Source: an uncultured Candidatus Saccharibacteria bacterium (GTDB lineage: Bacteria; Patescibacteriota; Saccharimonadia; CAILAD01; BJGX01). From it: a DNA stretch of 64,000 nucleotides. Position numbers and translations under genes: made by a program. The notes beneath the pieces were generated by a model that was not told the origin of the DNA, made no database searches, and saw nothing but the letters and a program-made list of their open reading frames with translations. Each line of letters opens with the position of its first letter. Position 1 is the first letter of the stretch. This document shows, piece by piece, positions 41,733 to 51,175 of this stretch. The stretch is from positions 24,078 through 88,077 of the forward strand of contig CAZKFZ010000003.1 in NCBI GenBank assembly GCA_964552475.1, read 5' to 3'.

Positions 41733-41807
41733 TGTCCGAAGAGAGATTTGAACTCTCGACCCCTTCCTTGTAAGGGAAGTGCTCTGGCCCAACTGAGCTA
41801 TTCGGAC
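41733..41807 (-). tRNA. tRNA-Val (TAC)
   Basis: Minus-strand GTCCGAATAGCTCAGTTGGGCCAGAGCACTTCCCTTACAAGGAAG...GAGAGTTCAAATCTCTCTTCGGACA; 4 nt from the neighbouring tRNA. Confidence 0.8.
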
Positions 41808-42049
41808 GGGAGAATAGGGAGGAGCAAATTCCCTATTCGGTGCAGGTTGAAAGCCTACGGGAAGAGCATGGAGCGCCTAGCCTTGATACACAAGACACCT
41901 GCCATAATTGCCAACCATCGGACTCCATGATTAACCCCGTTTGACTGGGTAAAAATTTGCATTACGCATAATTTGTAATACTTGTTTTTACCCCTGCCTA
42001 CGTTGTTTTTCGCGCAGCTCACACGACTATCAAAACAACGCCTGCATCG

Positions 42050-42134
42050 TGCCGGTGGCGGGACTCGAACCCGCACGCTCTGTTAAGAGCACCGGGACCT
42101 AAACCCGGCGCGTCTGCCATTCCGCCACACCGGC
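42050..42134 (-). tRNA. tRNA-Leu (TAG)
   Basis: Minus-strand GCCGGTGTGGCGGAATGGCAGACGCGCCGGGTTTAGGTCCCGG...GCGGGTTCGAGTCCCGCCACCGGCA with long variable arm. Confidence 0.8.
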
Positions 42135-42146
42135 TGGTGTAATTCG

Positions 42147-42219
42147 CGCCCACGGCAGGATTCGAACCTGCGACCATGTCATTAGAAGTGACGTGCTCTA
42201 TCCACTGAGCTACGCGGGC
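42147..42219 (-). tRNA. tRNA-Arg (TCT)
   Basis: Minus-strand GCCCGCGTAGCTCAGTGGATAGAGCACGTCACTTCTAATGAC...GCAGGTTCGAATCCTGCCGTGGGCG. Confidence 0.8.
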
Positions 42220-42228
42220 TGAGTAAAG

Positions 42229-42360
42229 TTAGCTAAATACCGAAGCCAGGCAAAGAATTGAGAAACCGAATGCCCAAAATGCTGCAAAGCCGTGTTCCTC
42301 TCTTACAACGCTAACCACAAACATGACGCCGTAAAAAATAACTAGTGAGACTACGAACAT
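42229..42360 (-). CDS. candidate 43-aa hydrophobic micro-protein inside the tRNA cluster
   Basis: ATG preceded by AAAAGGAGAAC (SD, about 8-nt spacing); translation MFVVSLVIFYGVMFVVSVVREEHGFAAFWAFGFSILCLASVFS; below the ORF-track size cutoff. Confidence 0.3.
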   Translation of the reverse strand: MFVVSLVIFYGVMFVVSVVREEHGFAAFWAFGFSILCLASVFS

Positions 42361-42384
42361 CTATGTTCTCCTTTTGTATGTAAG

Positions 42385-42467
42385 TGCCCGGAGCGGGACT
42401 CGAACCCGCACGGTCTTTCGACCCGGGGGGTTTAAGCCCCCTGCGTCTGCCATTCCGCCACCCGGGC
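42385..42467 (-). tRNA. tRNA-Leu (TAA)
   Basis: Minus-strand GCCCGGGTGGCGGAATGGCAGACGCAGGGGGCTTAAACCCCC...GCGGGTTCGAGTCCCGCTCCGGGCA; closely resembles E. coli leuZ. Confidence 0.8.
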
Positions 42468-42797
42468 CGGTGTTAAATAACTACTATCTCATCGACAGGC
42501 AACCAACCCATCCAGTCGGTAGAGTGGGCGATTACCAACACGGCTTCTACGTCACCTAGAGCCACACAGTTGTTAGTGTGTAGATTGATAGTAAAGTGTG
42601 GGCCGTTATCGAAAATGCGATTTTTCGTGCGTTGACTAGCCGACTCGTGGGGTTTTAGCTCCACGACTCCTCCCTTAAACTTCAGTTGGCTTTTCACCTC
42701 TTCTCCATATTTTGGGGTGCAATAACGCTCACTATAATAACAAATATATTAATATTTGTCAATACTTTTTTAAGATGTAGCACTACAAAATGGTACA

Positions 42798-43760
42798 ATG
42801 TATGTTATGCAATTACCTAGTAACTGGAACAGTTCTATACAAAGTCGTAACGGCCATGTATTACAATCGGCTGAGTGGGCCAACTTTCAAACCTCTATAG
42901 GGCGGCAGCCATATTTTTCTATTAATAAAGACTGGTATTGGATAGCTTACAATCGCCAAGTAACAGGCTTGCACTATCTACTTGCTACCTATAATCCAGC
43001 TATAGAAAAAGATCCAGTCAAAGCATTGGAGTCATTACGTGTACAAGGTGGTGATCTTAAGTGTGATTTTGTGCGAGTTGAACCTACCGGCAATGTAACA
43101 AAACAAGATCTCGAGTCGCTTGGTGCGCACAAACTAGCTGATGTTCAACCCTCACACACGCTCGTGCTAGACCTAACTCGTTCAGAAGAAGATTTGCGAC
43201 ACGATTTGCAATCGGGCCATCGCAATCGTATAAATACTGGCGAAAAAAGGGGAGTGAGGGTATATAAAACAGTTGATCTTAAAACTGTACCGGTATTTCT
43301 AAGGCTAATGCATGATACCGCCGACCACTCCAAAATCACCAATCACCCAGACTGGTATTACGAGAAAATGGCTAAAAACTTAATAGAACAAGGTGTTGCC
43401 TGTTTTTACGTAGCGACTGTTGAAGAAAATCCTGCTAGTGTTTCGTTGGTGTTTGATTGGGGCAATACTCGCTACTATGCACACACCGGAAACGACCAAG
43501 TGTTAAATAGACAATATAAAGCGGCTGTATCTTGTGCGTGGCAAATGATACTAGATGCCAAGGCAGAAGGTAAAAAACATTTCGACTTCTGGGGTATTGC
43601 TCCACCAGAAGAACCAAACCACCCTTGGGCAGGTATTTCGGCTTTCAAACACGGATTTGGCGGTAGTGTGGTAAGTAACATAGGTACATATGATTTAGTT
43701 ATAAACAAATCAAAATACGCCATGTACAATGCATACAGAAAACTTAAAGGTCGCAAATGA
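42798..43760 (+). CDS. FemAB-family peptidoglycan bridge aminoacyltransferase (FemX/MurM-like), paralog 1
   Basis: N-terminal 'LQSAEWANFQ' and C-terminal 'FKHGFGG' FemAB-family motifs; 320 aa. Confidence 0.65.
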   Translation: MYVMQLPSNWNSSIQSRNGHVLQSAEWANFQTSIGRQPYFSINKDWYWIAYNRQVTGLHYLLATYNPAIEKDPVKALESLRVQGGDLKCDFVRVEPTGNVTKQDLESLGAHKLADVQPSHTLVLDLTRSEEDLRHDLQSGHRNRINTGEKRGVRVYKTVDLKTVPVFLRLMHDTADHSKITNHPDWYYEKMAKNLIEQGVACFYVATVEENPASVSLVFDWGNTRYYAHTGNDQVLNRQYKAAVSCAWQMILDAKAEGKKHFDFWGIAPPEEPNHPWAGISAFKHGFGGSVVSNIGTYDLVINKSKYAMYNAYRKLKGRK

Positions 43761-44827
43761 TACGCCAAGCAACATCAGACGAAATTGCCACGTGGGATAA
43801 TCTGGTGCTACAAAACCCAGATGGTGGGCATATCTTGCAGTCTTACGAGTGGAGTAAGTTCAAAAAAACGGTTGGTTGGGAACCAAACTTTTTAGTTTTT
43901 GAGCAGGCAGGATTTTTACTTTACTTTTGTTTGTCTCAAAAATCAGCTAGCTTCTTGGGTAATATCTACTATTGCGCCAAAGGCCCAGGATTATTTGGTG
44001 GTGGCCATGCCAATAAGGTCTCAAAAGGTAGGTTTGAAGAGTTTTGTAATGATATAAAAACGTATATTGAAAGACTAGACTCTAAGGCAATACTCATTAA
44101 ACTCGAGCCCGAGCTGTTTGAAGACGAGATAGATCTTGTAGATTTAGGACTAAAAAAAAGTGGTGCCGATTTGCAGTTTAAGGCAACTATTCTGGTTGAT
44201 CTAAAACCTACCGAAGAAGAAATTATTGCTAGTTTTAAACAAAAGACTCGCTACAACATTAGGTTGGCTGAGCGAAAAGGCGTAAAGGTAGAGAGGCGAG
44301 AGGCTAACTCACAAAATCTTAATATAATGTATGAGCTAATGGTGGCCACCCAAGAAAGAGCTGGATTCTTCTTACGAAAAAAAGACTATTTTATAGGTTA
44401 TTGGAGTGAGTTAGCTAAGGCTGGAATGGGGCAAATATTATTTGCTACTCACGAGGACAAGGTGTTGGCCGGTATTTATATTACACGTTTTGGTGCAAAC
44501 AGCTACTACAAAGACGGAGGGTCGTTTCTTATTAAACGCAACCTAATGGCGCCATACCTTTTGCAATGGGAGGCAATGCGTTGGGCTAAAGAGCAAGGTG
44601 CTACCAAATACGATCTTGTAGCTGTTCCACCCAAAGCGGAGCTAGACAACCCTAGCCATCCACAGTCTGGCCTGTATCAATTCAAGAGAGGTTTTAATGA
44701 AGAAGTTACCGAGTTTGTAGGTTGCTGGGATTTGCCGGTGTCAGACAAGAAGTTTAAAATTTGGCTACGCCAAGAACGTAAATTTATTGGTCTATACAAG
44801 AAGATGACTAAAAATCTTTTCTGGTAA
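43757..44827 (+). CDS. FemAB-family peptidoglycan bridge aminoacyltransferase, paralog 2
   Basis: N-terminal 'ILQSYEWSKFK', 'FKRGFNEE'; 4-bp overlap with paralog 1. Confidence 0.65.
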   Translation: MIRQATSDEIATWDNLVLQNPDGGHILQSYEWSKFKKTVGWEPNFLVFEQAGFLLYFCLSQKSASFLGNIYYCAKGPGLFGGGHANKVSKGRFEEFCNDIKTYIERLDSKAILIKLEPELFEDEIDLVDLGLKKSGADLQFKATILVDLKPTEEEIIASFKQKTRYNIRLAERKGVKVERREANSQNLNIMYELMVATQERAGFFLRKKDYFIGYWSELAKAGMGQILFATHEDKVLAGIYITRFGANSYYKDGGSFLIKRNLMAPYLLQWEAMRWAKEQGATKYDLVAVPPKAELDNPSHPQSGLYQFKRGFNEEVTEFVGCWDLPVSDKKFKIWLRQERKFIGLYKKMTKNLFW

Positions 44828-44831
44828 AACT

Positions 44832-46112
44832 TTAGTAAGGGTTTCTGTAAGGAAAGTTAGTATACTTAGAATTATTGTTTTTGTTGAGAATACCATCGAT
44901 CATTTCATCTAGAGTTTTAAACACATTGGCGGCATGTTTTTCACCATGGTAGCGTCGAAGGGCAAACTGACTTCTGGCGGCATTTTTTTTGGCGTTGGCG
45001 TAAAAAACACTCTGCCAAATATCTGGAATATCACTAGCAAATAGATAAGTGGCATCATCAGACTTATGAGTTATTTCACCGTTTTGGGTATTTGCTAAGT
45101 TTAGTCTCTCGGGTCGCTCAAGTATAACTGTTTCGATTATTTTGCCTGCGTGCGTGCGTAATTTAATAAGTAGCGCCAAATAGGGAATAGGGCTAGAATC
45201 AGAATCTAGGCTAGACCTGTATAACTCGGTGCTCACCACCGAACCGTTGTCGTTACAAGCATCGGTAACTTCTTTTATAAATCTTAGCCTATCTTGGTCT
45301 AGCACAAACTCTACTTCATTTATCCGCTCACCACTCGATCGTCTTGACCCCTTTGGTGTGCTAACTGGCAAGTGATCTTCTCCGGCTTCCGGCAGTCCAT
45401 CTACCCACTCAAAAAAAGCTCGTTTTTGTTCTTCACCAGATAAATTTAGTACCTCATCAATAGTTATAGGGGGGCGTTTTGACTCACGATTTTCTTGGTA
45501 GTTATTATGTTGTTGCTGACCATTATCTTGTGTATTCAAGTCTAGTAGCTCTAGTAGTTTTTGCTGAGCATATCTCGACACCTTAAGTCTCTCTGGTGTA
45601 AGAAGTTCACCAGATTTTGGTCGGTGTACCAAATCACGCAAGCCATTAATCGATAATCTAAAAACGTGGTCGTCGCTACTTTCTTGTGAGTGATGAGGTA
45701 CACTTTCTGTGCTAGTTAGCTGTTTATCTAAGCGTGCTGCAACAATACCTAGAACATATACTCGCTCTAGTTGACTTAGTCCCAGGTGGGGTAGTGAGTG
45801 AACAAACTTGGGGTCATGTACAGCTTCGCTAAGGTCTATATTGTGTCTATCTAAGACATCTCTTACTCTCGAGGCTATTTGAGCGGCTTCAGACTCATTG
45901 ACGTTAATATCCTCAGGACTTTTTAGATATTCATCGGCTTTAATAGCTTCATAAAGAGGTGTTCCTTGTAAATTTTCTGGCAAGTCATCTTCTAAATAAC
46001 CTCTTTTATCCAGGTTCTTTACAGTATCCCCAAGCTTAGGTACTTGGCTAAGGTGTAGGTTTGTTTCTTCATCCTCAAAAGGTGGTCGGTAGGTCTCGTC
46101 ACTAAAATCCAT
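44832..46112 (-). CDS. acidic hypothetical protein
   Basis: 426-aa ORF, no recognisable motif. Confidence 0.35.
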   Translation of the reverse strand: MDFSDETYRPPFEDEETNLHLSQVPKLGDTVKNLDKRGYLEDDLPENLQGTPLYEAIKADEYLKSPEDINVNESEAAQIASRVRDVLDRHNIDLSEAVHDPKFVHSLPHLGLSQLERVYVLGIVAARLDKQLTSTESVPHHSQESSDDHVFRLSINGLRDLVHRPKSGELLTPERLKVSRYAQQKLLELLDLNTQDNGQQQHNNYQENRESKRPPITIDEVLNLSGEEQKRAFFEWVDGLPEAGEDHLPVSTPKGSRRSSGERINEVEFVLDQDRLRFIKEVTDACNDNGSVVSTELYRSSLDSDSSPIPYLALLIKLRTHAGKIIETVILERPERLNLANTQNGEITHKSDDATYLFASDIPDIWQSVFYANAKKNAARSQFALRRYHGEKHAANVFKTLDEMIDGILNKNNNSKYTNFPYRNPY

Positions 46113-46180
46113 ATAGATATTCTAGCATAAGTATAATAGTTATATGTAATTAAAAACCCCGATATTACTATCGGGGTTTA

Positions 46181-46489
46181 TCAATTGGTTTGCCTAGCTC
46201 CTCCAATATAATTTCTACAAAGTGCGCAACTGATATTGTGTATAAGAACGCTATCAATAAATGGTTTGCCATGCTTGAGGGCGTTATCAATACAGACTCG
46301 ATTTACTAAACACTCAGTTGAGTGAAACTCGTCATAGTCTGCTCGATGATCTGCTAAAATAGTCTCATCGAATGGATCTACCATAGTTACTGCTTGGCCT
46401 GGTATCTCGGTAGATTCTGTAGGTACAAGGCGAAACAGGCCATGTAAACGCCCTAAAAAATCTTCGTAAGTTACTACTTTGGCAGGCAA
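46181..46489 (-). CDS. hypothetical protein
   Basis: 102-aa ORF with several Cys/His residues; no motif recognised. Confidence 0.3.
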   Translation of the reverse strand: MPAKVVTYEDFLGRLHGLFRLVPTESTEIPGQAVTMVDPFDETILADHRADYDEFHSTECLVNRVCIDNALKHGKPFIDSVLIHNISCALCRNYIGGARQTN

Positions 46490-46600
46490 AGTATCTCTCT
46501 TTCTATCTTTACTATAAAGTTGGGTGCAATGATGTCAATATTTTACAACAGAACACACAAATATGCAAATAAAATGCCCTAGATAACTCTAGGGCAAATA

Positions 46601-47146
46601 TTATCGTGTAGGTGGCAGCCCGTACTGAGCTAAGCTACTGTTCTTATAGCCTGGCTCATTACTCACCTCGTTTGCAACACCTAGCCATGCTGGCAACTCA
46701 AAGGTAAATATTTCTGGACGTACTTCTTTAAGCCAACTTAGAAGAGAGGTCTCATCTTGGGTATCATCGGTAGCGAGCTCTACTAGCCACTCAGCCTCAA
46801 TAGTGACAAGCCCATCTAGATTGTCATGGTACTTGTCTAGCTCAAGCTTAACCCCACTTGGGTTATAGAATGTCCATCGGGTTTTTCTAAGCCTGTAAGC
46901 CGATAACACTACAAGCTCATCGTAGAGCCACTTTGGAATTTCAACTTCTTCTTCTACTCTAGCAACATCACCATCAGATTTTTTAGTTACTGTATAGTTT
47001 CTGCCTGCACTTCTAATGCGAAACCCACCTTTTCGAGTACTAATATAGTTTTGCTCTATTTCTTGAATACTGGCATTTAGTATCTGACCAAATGTCGTGA
47101 AACCAGGTAAAACCCATTTACGTTCTACCTCGATAGTTTGGGGCAA
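46601..47146 (-). CDS. CYTH-like (triphosphate tunnel metalloenzyme) domain protein
   Basis: N-terminal 'IEVERKWVL' matches the CYTH ExExK signature; 181 aa. Confidence 0.5.
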   Translation of the reverse strand: MPQTIEVERKWVLPGFTTFGQILNASIQEIEQNYISTRKGGFRIRSAGRNYTVTKKSDGDVARVEEEVEIPKWLYDELVVLSAYRLRKTRWTFYNPSGVKLELDKYHDNLDGLVTIEAEWLVELATDDTQDETSLLSWLKEVRPEIFTFELPAWLGVANEVSNEPGYKNSSLAQYGLPPTR

Positions 47147-47260
47147 GACATCTCCTTAAAAGGTAGTAGGCCAACAACAGGTTAGCACGGACCAGTTTTG
47201 GCGTCTAGTCAAAACATTTTAACTAAAAGTAAAACCCCAGAATCTCTCCCGGGGTAAATG

Positions 47261-47926
47261 TTATTTTGATTTAAACTTATCGAGCAACCCAGCCATCCCA
47301 AAATGTAGCTTCTGTTGATATTGGGCATCCTCAAGCGCATGGTGCGTGAAGTCGCCACCCGGAACTATGATCGGTGGCAACTTGTTCTTACTAGTCTTTG
47401 ACCAATCCCACTCGCCAGTTAGCGGCAAGGCAAGCGACTTGAGATCAAACGGGGCTATCCCAAATGGGTTGTCCATACCGGCCTTTGCAAAATACATATC
47501 GACAAAGGCGAAGTCAAACGCTGCGTTGAAGGCTGTGAAAACCACTGGCTTACCATGCTTTTGCATCAATTCACTAAGCCATTCTGCAAATTCCCGCATT
47601 ACCTGCTCAAAGTTCGGCGCCTCTTGAAGCAGTCGTTCACGTGGTAGCCCATGAGTTTCGCAAAACTCCCGTTGGCCTAGCACAAAGTCTTCACTGATCG
47701 GACGAATCTCAGAATAATACGACTCGCCAGTTGGGCTCTGGGCACCGATCGACAGCATTGAGCCATGCCCTGCCTTGCCATCGGCCTCAATATCTACATC
47801 GACGTACAGTTGTGGCGCGGCCAGCACAATCTCGCGCCCGCGTTCGTATAAGCGAGCACGCTCGCCTTCAATGCTGTCATGCACTCCAAATTCTGACGGT
47901 TCATTCATATTACTAGTATAGCTCAT
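47261..47926 (-). CDS. DEDDh-family 3'-5' exonuclease (DnaQ-like); first gene of the GC-rich island
   Basis: Exo I 'VDVDIEADG', Exo II 'FNAAFDFAFVD', Exo III 'HHALEDAQY'; GC content clearly above the window background. Confidence 0.7.
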   Translation of the reverse strand: MSYTSNMNEPSEFGVHDSIEGERARLYERGREIVLAAPQLYVDVDIEADGKAGHGSMLSIGAQSPTGESYYSEIRPISEDFVLGQREFCETHGLPRERLLQEAPNFEQVMREFAEWLSELMQKHGKPVVFTAFNAAFDFAFVDMYFAKAGMDNPFGIAPFDLKSLALPLTGEWDWSKTSKNKLPPIIVPGGDFTHHALEDAQYQQKLHFGMAGLLDKFKSK

Positions 47927-48048
47927 GTTGTCTCCTTATGTAGAGGTCAAGGTGCCTTCTGGGAGCGGTTCCCAACCAAAACTCTTGATTACTCTCAAGA
48001 ACTTTGGTTGGGGGAGCTTTTTTATAGGAGCTCCCAAAACCTATTAAG

Positions 48049-48291
48049 TTAGCACCTGTCTGAGTGTATGAAACAGCCACCAACTGCAGTGTCGCAGCCA
48101 CCAGGGCACTGCCTCCCAGCAGCTACTTCGCGAGCTATATAGTCATTCTCTTCTCGCTTTCGCTGGGCAGCCCGCGCGTAATCTCCGCGCGCTTCGGCAG
48201 CTTGCCACTCATAAGCTTCTGCCCTAAGTCTCGCAGCTCTGGCCTTGCCTTCTAGCTCTGCAGCTCGTGCTTCTGCTTCGTAATCGCGCAA
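48049..48291 (-). CDS. small coiled-coil protein with C-terminal Cys-rich zinc-knuckle motif
   Basis: TTG start; Ala/Arg/Glu-rich helix then 'CPGGCDTAVGGCFIHSDRC'; preceded by island leader motif copy 2. Confidence 0.4.
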   Translation of the reverse strand: MRDYEAEARAAELEGKARAARLRAEAYEWQAAEARGDYARAAQRKREENDYIAREVAAGRQCPGGCDTAVGGCFIHSDRC

Positions 48292-48568
48292 CTCTATTCC
48301 TTTGTCTAGGCACTACCGTGTATTAACGGCCTGGGACACTCCCAGCCAAAATACTCGAATGCTTTCAAGAACTTTGGTTGGGAGGGAGCCGGCTTACAAT
48401 AGCCGACTCCCTCGGTAAGACAGATCTACCAAAAGATCGCGCGCAGAGCGACGAACTCTAGATAGCTAATTAGCGCGAGTACAGCCAAAATGGTGAGGGT
48501 GGTGAGTCGCTGTGTTGTGATGGGCTTCATTGCTTTCTCCTATGATGTGTAGTGAAGGGTAGTTGAGA

Positions 48569-49093
48569 CTAGCAGCTACTGGCATGTACAAAACATCCGC
48601 CAACATCGGTGTCGCAACCGCCCTTACATTTCATGCGCCCACCTATCATCTGTTGGGTAGCTATGCGACGCCTACGCTCGGCTTCATGTGCCTCGGATCG
48701 CTGTCTTGCTTGACGGTTGTTCAGACCCGGATAGAATCCGCTGGGAGCATCAAGCCATTCTACACTCTCATAATCTATCTCTTCTTTAGGTTGATCATCG
48801 TGTTGGAAGGCTTTGCTTGTTGGCATTTTCGTAGGAATGCCCACCTTCTTCTTAGACTCTTGCGTAGTTGTTTGCGTGTTTTGCCACACAACCACTCGTC
48901 TTTTGCATACCGGGCATTTTACTGCCAGAAATTTTTCTCGCGTCACGTAGGTATCGGCTTGATCAACCTCGATCTTACTACCGCATTTTTCGCAGGTTAC
49001 TCGCTTGGGCCATTTCAAATGCTTGGTACCCGTTTCGATGATTCTCAATTTAATCTCCTTGTAGAGGTGCAAACCTGGGAACTTCCCAGCCAA
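48569..49093 (-). CDS. zinc-ribbon protein with the same C-terminal Cys-rich motif
   Basis: 'CEKCGSKIEV...CPVCKRRV' zinc ribbon; C-terminal 'CKGGCDTDVGGCFVHASSC'. The true start is probably the TTG downstream of the conserved 'CACCTCTACAAGGAG' element, not the listed ATG. Confidence 0.4.
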   Translation of the reverse strand: MAGKFPGLHLYKEIKLRIIETGTKHLKWPKRVTCEKCGSKIEVDQADTYVTREKFLAVKCPVCKRRVVVWQNTQTTTQESKKKVGIPTKMPTSKAFQHDDQPKEEIDYESVEWLDAPSGFYPGLNNRQARQRSEAHEAERRRRIATQQMIGGRMKCKGGCDTDVGGCFVHASSC

Positions 49094-49164
49094 AACTCTC
49101 GAATAATCAAGGGCTCTGGTTGTGAGGAGCTTTTAGCAGGAGCTCCTTGAAACCTGTTTAAGGT

Positions 49165-49497
49165 CTATTGCAACTTTCTAATCACTTCTTCTACAGTAAG
49201 TCTCACAATTTCTTCTAGCTGCGCCTTGGTAATAACTCTTCTCTCTTTGGTCGTTTCTTCGGGCTTTGGACCTAGCCAAACATGATCTCGAGTGCTAGTG
49301 CAATTTTTACGACCACTAGTGTTGCATGTGTTACACCAAGTAGGTGGGTAGGTATAGTCTGGATCCATACTTTCGCGTACAGTATACCAACCAGTACGAA
49401 CTTGTTCAGTATGAGTAACTGTGTGGTAAGACATCTGCCTCCTTGTGTAGGTGCGGACTGATTTCGTCGTTTTCGACTCTTCAGGGCGAGTACACAC
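49165..49497 (-). CDS. hypothetical small protein (GC island)
   Basis: 110-aa ORF preceded by the conserved 'CACCTACACAAGGAGG' ribosome-binding element. Confidence 0.35.
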   Translation of the reverse strand: MCTRPEESKTTKSVRTYTRRQMSYHTVTHTEQVRTGWYTVRESMDPDYTYPPTWCNTCNTSGRKNCTSTRDHVWLGPKPEETTKERRVITKAQLEEIVRLTVEEVIRKLQ

Positions 49498-49548
49498 TCG
49501 CCGATCAAGGGGAGGTTTTGAAAGGACCTCCCTGAAACCTTTCTCGAC

Positions 49549-50142
49549 TTAGCCGAGACTTGTCAGGTCTGCGAGCACTTGCTGAAACACCCGTTCGGCC
49601 TTGCGGTCAATATTGGGCTCGGCAGCGATGAAGTTGTGACGTGGGTGGGCGCTCCACACTTTTCGAGTTGACAGTTCGAGTTTCGTGGCCTCCTCGAGCG
49701 ACTCCATGCGGTCGGCGTTGCCCTGCGTGCCGTAGTTCGCAGGATTGCCGGTCGCCAGAGACTCTAGGTGGTAGATAGCGCAGTAGCGTTGCAAGGTCAT
49801 ATCCAGATCTACCCCGTAGGTCTCTGTATACTCCCTTACACCGCCTTCTAGGTAAGCTGCTCCGTCCAGAACACCTCTATCAAGCACTAGAAGTTCTTTG
49901 CCGGTTCGCTCAGCCTCGGCCAACCAGAAGTTTTCTAGCCGTAGTTGAAGCTCGAGAATGGCACCCTGAAAGTGGTGTCGCCAAGTAGGGCTGTACTCAA
50001 TCTCGCGCCCTGGTACCGGGTAGCCACCTGCGAGTAGAATGGTGGCAGACTCAGGCACAAAGGCGGCATTTGGTAGCGCGCTTCGCAAGTGATCTATTAC
50101 ACTGCTTTTTCCAGCACAAGGTCCACCAGTTAGTACCAGCAT
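49549..50142 (-). CDS. P-loop NTPase / small kinase-like protein (AAA_28 / NadR-C-like)
   Basis: N-terminal Walker A 'LVLTGGPCAGKSS'; 197 aa; 'LVLDRG' Walker-B-like. Confidence 0.5.
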   Translation of the reverse strand: MLVLTGGPCAGKSSVIDHLRSALPNAAFVPESATILLAGGYPVPGREIEYSPTWRHHFQGAILELQLRLENFWLAEAERTGKELLVLDRGVLDGAAYLEGGVREYTETYGVDLDMTLQRYCAIYHLESLATGNPANYGTQGNADRMESLEEATKLELSTRKVWSAHPRHNFIAAEPNIDRKAERVFQQVLADLTSLG

Positions 50143-50444
50143 GGGTGTAGGTATGGTTATTCCTCCAGTTGTAGGTGCTACCGTCCGGACTATCCGGCTC
50201 GGCTACCTGGCAGTGATCACATTGTGCCAGGATACCGAGTCGGAAAGCTATAGAGGCTTTATACTTACTACCACCTACGTGCTTAGTATGTGTGTTTAGT
50301 AGCTATGTATCTAGTCAATTTATTTTGAGTTAAGGTTCTTTAACTTTCGCCCTGCGTTTACTGTAGGTGGGCTCATCAGGACTGGTACTCACCAGTCGAG
50401 TTAGTGGGAGCCTTTAGCAGGAGCTCCCTGAAACCTGTCACGTC

Positions 50445-50720
50445 TCAGTTGATGCGACGCTCAGACTTGTTGCGAGAACCTACCGGCACCGTTGCTGAGC
50501 AGTTCGGGCAGATCACCACCGCCAGCTCCTCAGTAACCCGGTACTTTACTCGGTCTTCGTCTCGACCGTGCCCAGGGTCGGGGTCGAAGTAGCGGATGTA
50601 GCTGTGGTTCACCCAGCTAACCAAGTCTACCTTGTGGTCCACTTCAACCACCGATCTGCAGTTATGGCAGGCGTGTTGGCGTCGATCGTGGTGGGCATTC
50701 TGTTGGTGGACTATACGCAT
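50445..50720 (-). CDS. small zinc-ribbon protein (GC island)
   Basis: 'CHNC...CPNC' four-Cys arrangement; His-rich N-terminus; preceded by palindromic leader copy 4. Confidence 0.4.
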   Translation of the reverse strand: MRIVHQQNAHHDRRQHACHNCRSVVEVDHKVDLVSWVNHSYIRYFDPDPGHGRDEDRVKYRVTEELAVVICPNCSATVPVGSRNKSERRIN

Positions 50721-50854
50721 GTTGCTCTCCCTGGTGTCGAGGTGCTACACTCCGCTTGCGCGGGTGCCTAGGAACGGTTCCCAGCCAAAACTCTCGATAG
50801 TTCAAGGGCTTTGGTTGGGAGGGAGTTGGTTTTTAGGCCAACCCCCTCAGGAGG

Positions 50855-51175
50855 TCAGTCGAAGTACCTCTCGTTGCTGCGAAAGCTACTGAAGACTGGG
50901 ATCGAGCACCTACCGCTTCGGTTGCCACACCCCCAGTTGTTGACGTAGAGATATCCTTCCGGCACTTGGCGCCACCCGTCAAAATCATCTTCGGGGTAGC
51001 GCTCCATGTCCTTCCTCATCTCTATTTCCTTCAGCCGCTCTAGCTCTTCTACTGTCTTGGGGAGTGTTTTTGAGTCGTGGACGAAGACCATCCGCTCGCG
51101 CCTTGCTCTTTCGAGAGACACGTAGTGGTTCTCTTTGTTCATCACCCCTGCGGCGATACATCCTGCTGAACCCAT
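50855..51175 (-). CDS. hypothetical small protein (GC island)
   Basis: 106-aa ORF preceded by 'CACCTCGACACCAAGGAGAAAAG'. Confidence 0.35.
   Translation of the reverse strand: MGSAGCIAAGVMNKENHYVSLERARRERMVFVHDSKTLPKTVEELERLKEIEMRKDMERYPEDDFDGWRQVPEGYLYVNNWGCGNRSGRCSIPVFSSFRSNERYFD

Noticed and set aside
41808-42049. SRP (4.5S) RNA in the tRNA-cluster spacer
   Set aside because: Only a loose match to the helix-8 GGAAGGAAGCAGC motif and no GNRA tetraloop in the right place; mentioned only as something to scan
41404-42559. ORF-track entries 41404-41751(+), 41461-41703(-), 41748-41930(+), 41855-42076(-), 42374-42559(+)
   Set aside because: They overlap or run through well-formed tRNA genes on the minus strand and have no RBS; judged non-coding artefacts of the six-frame scan
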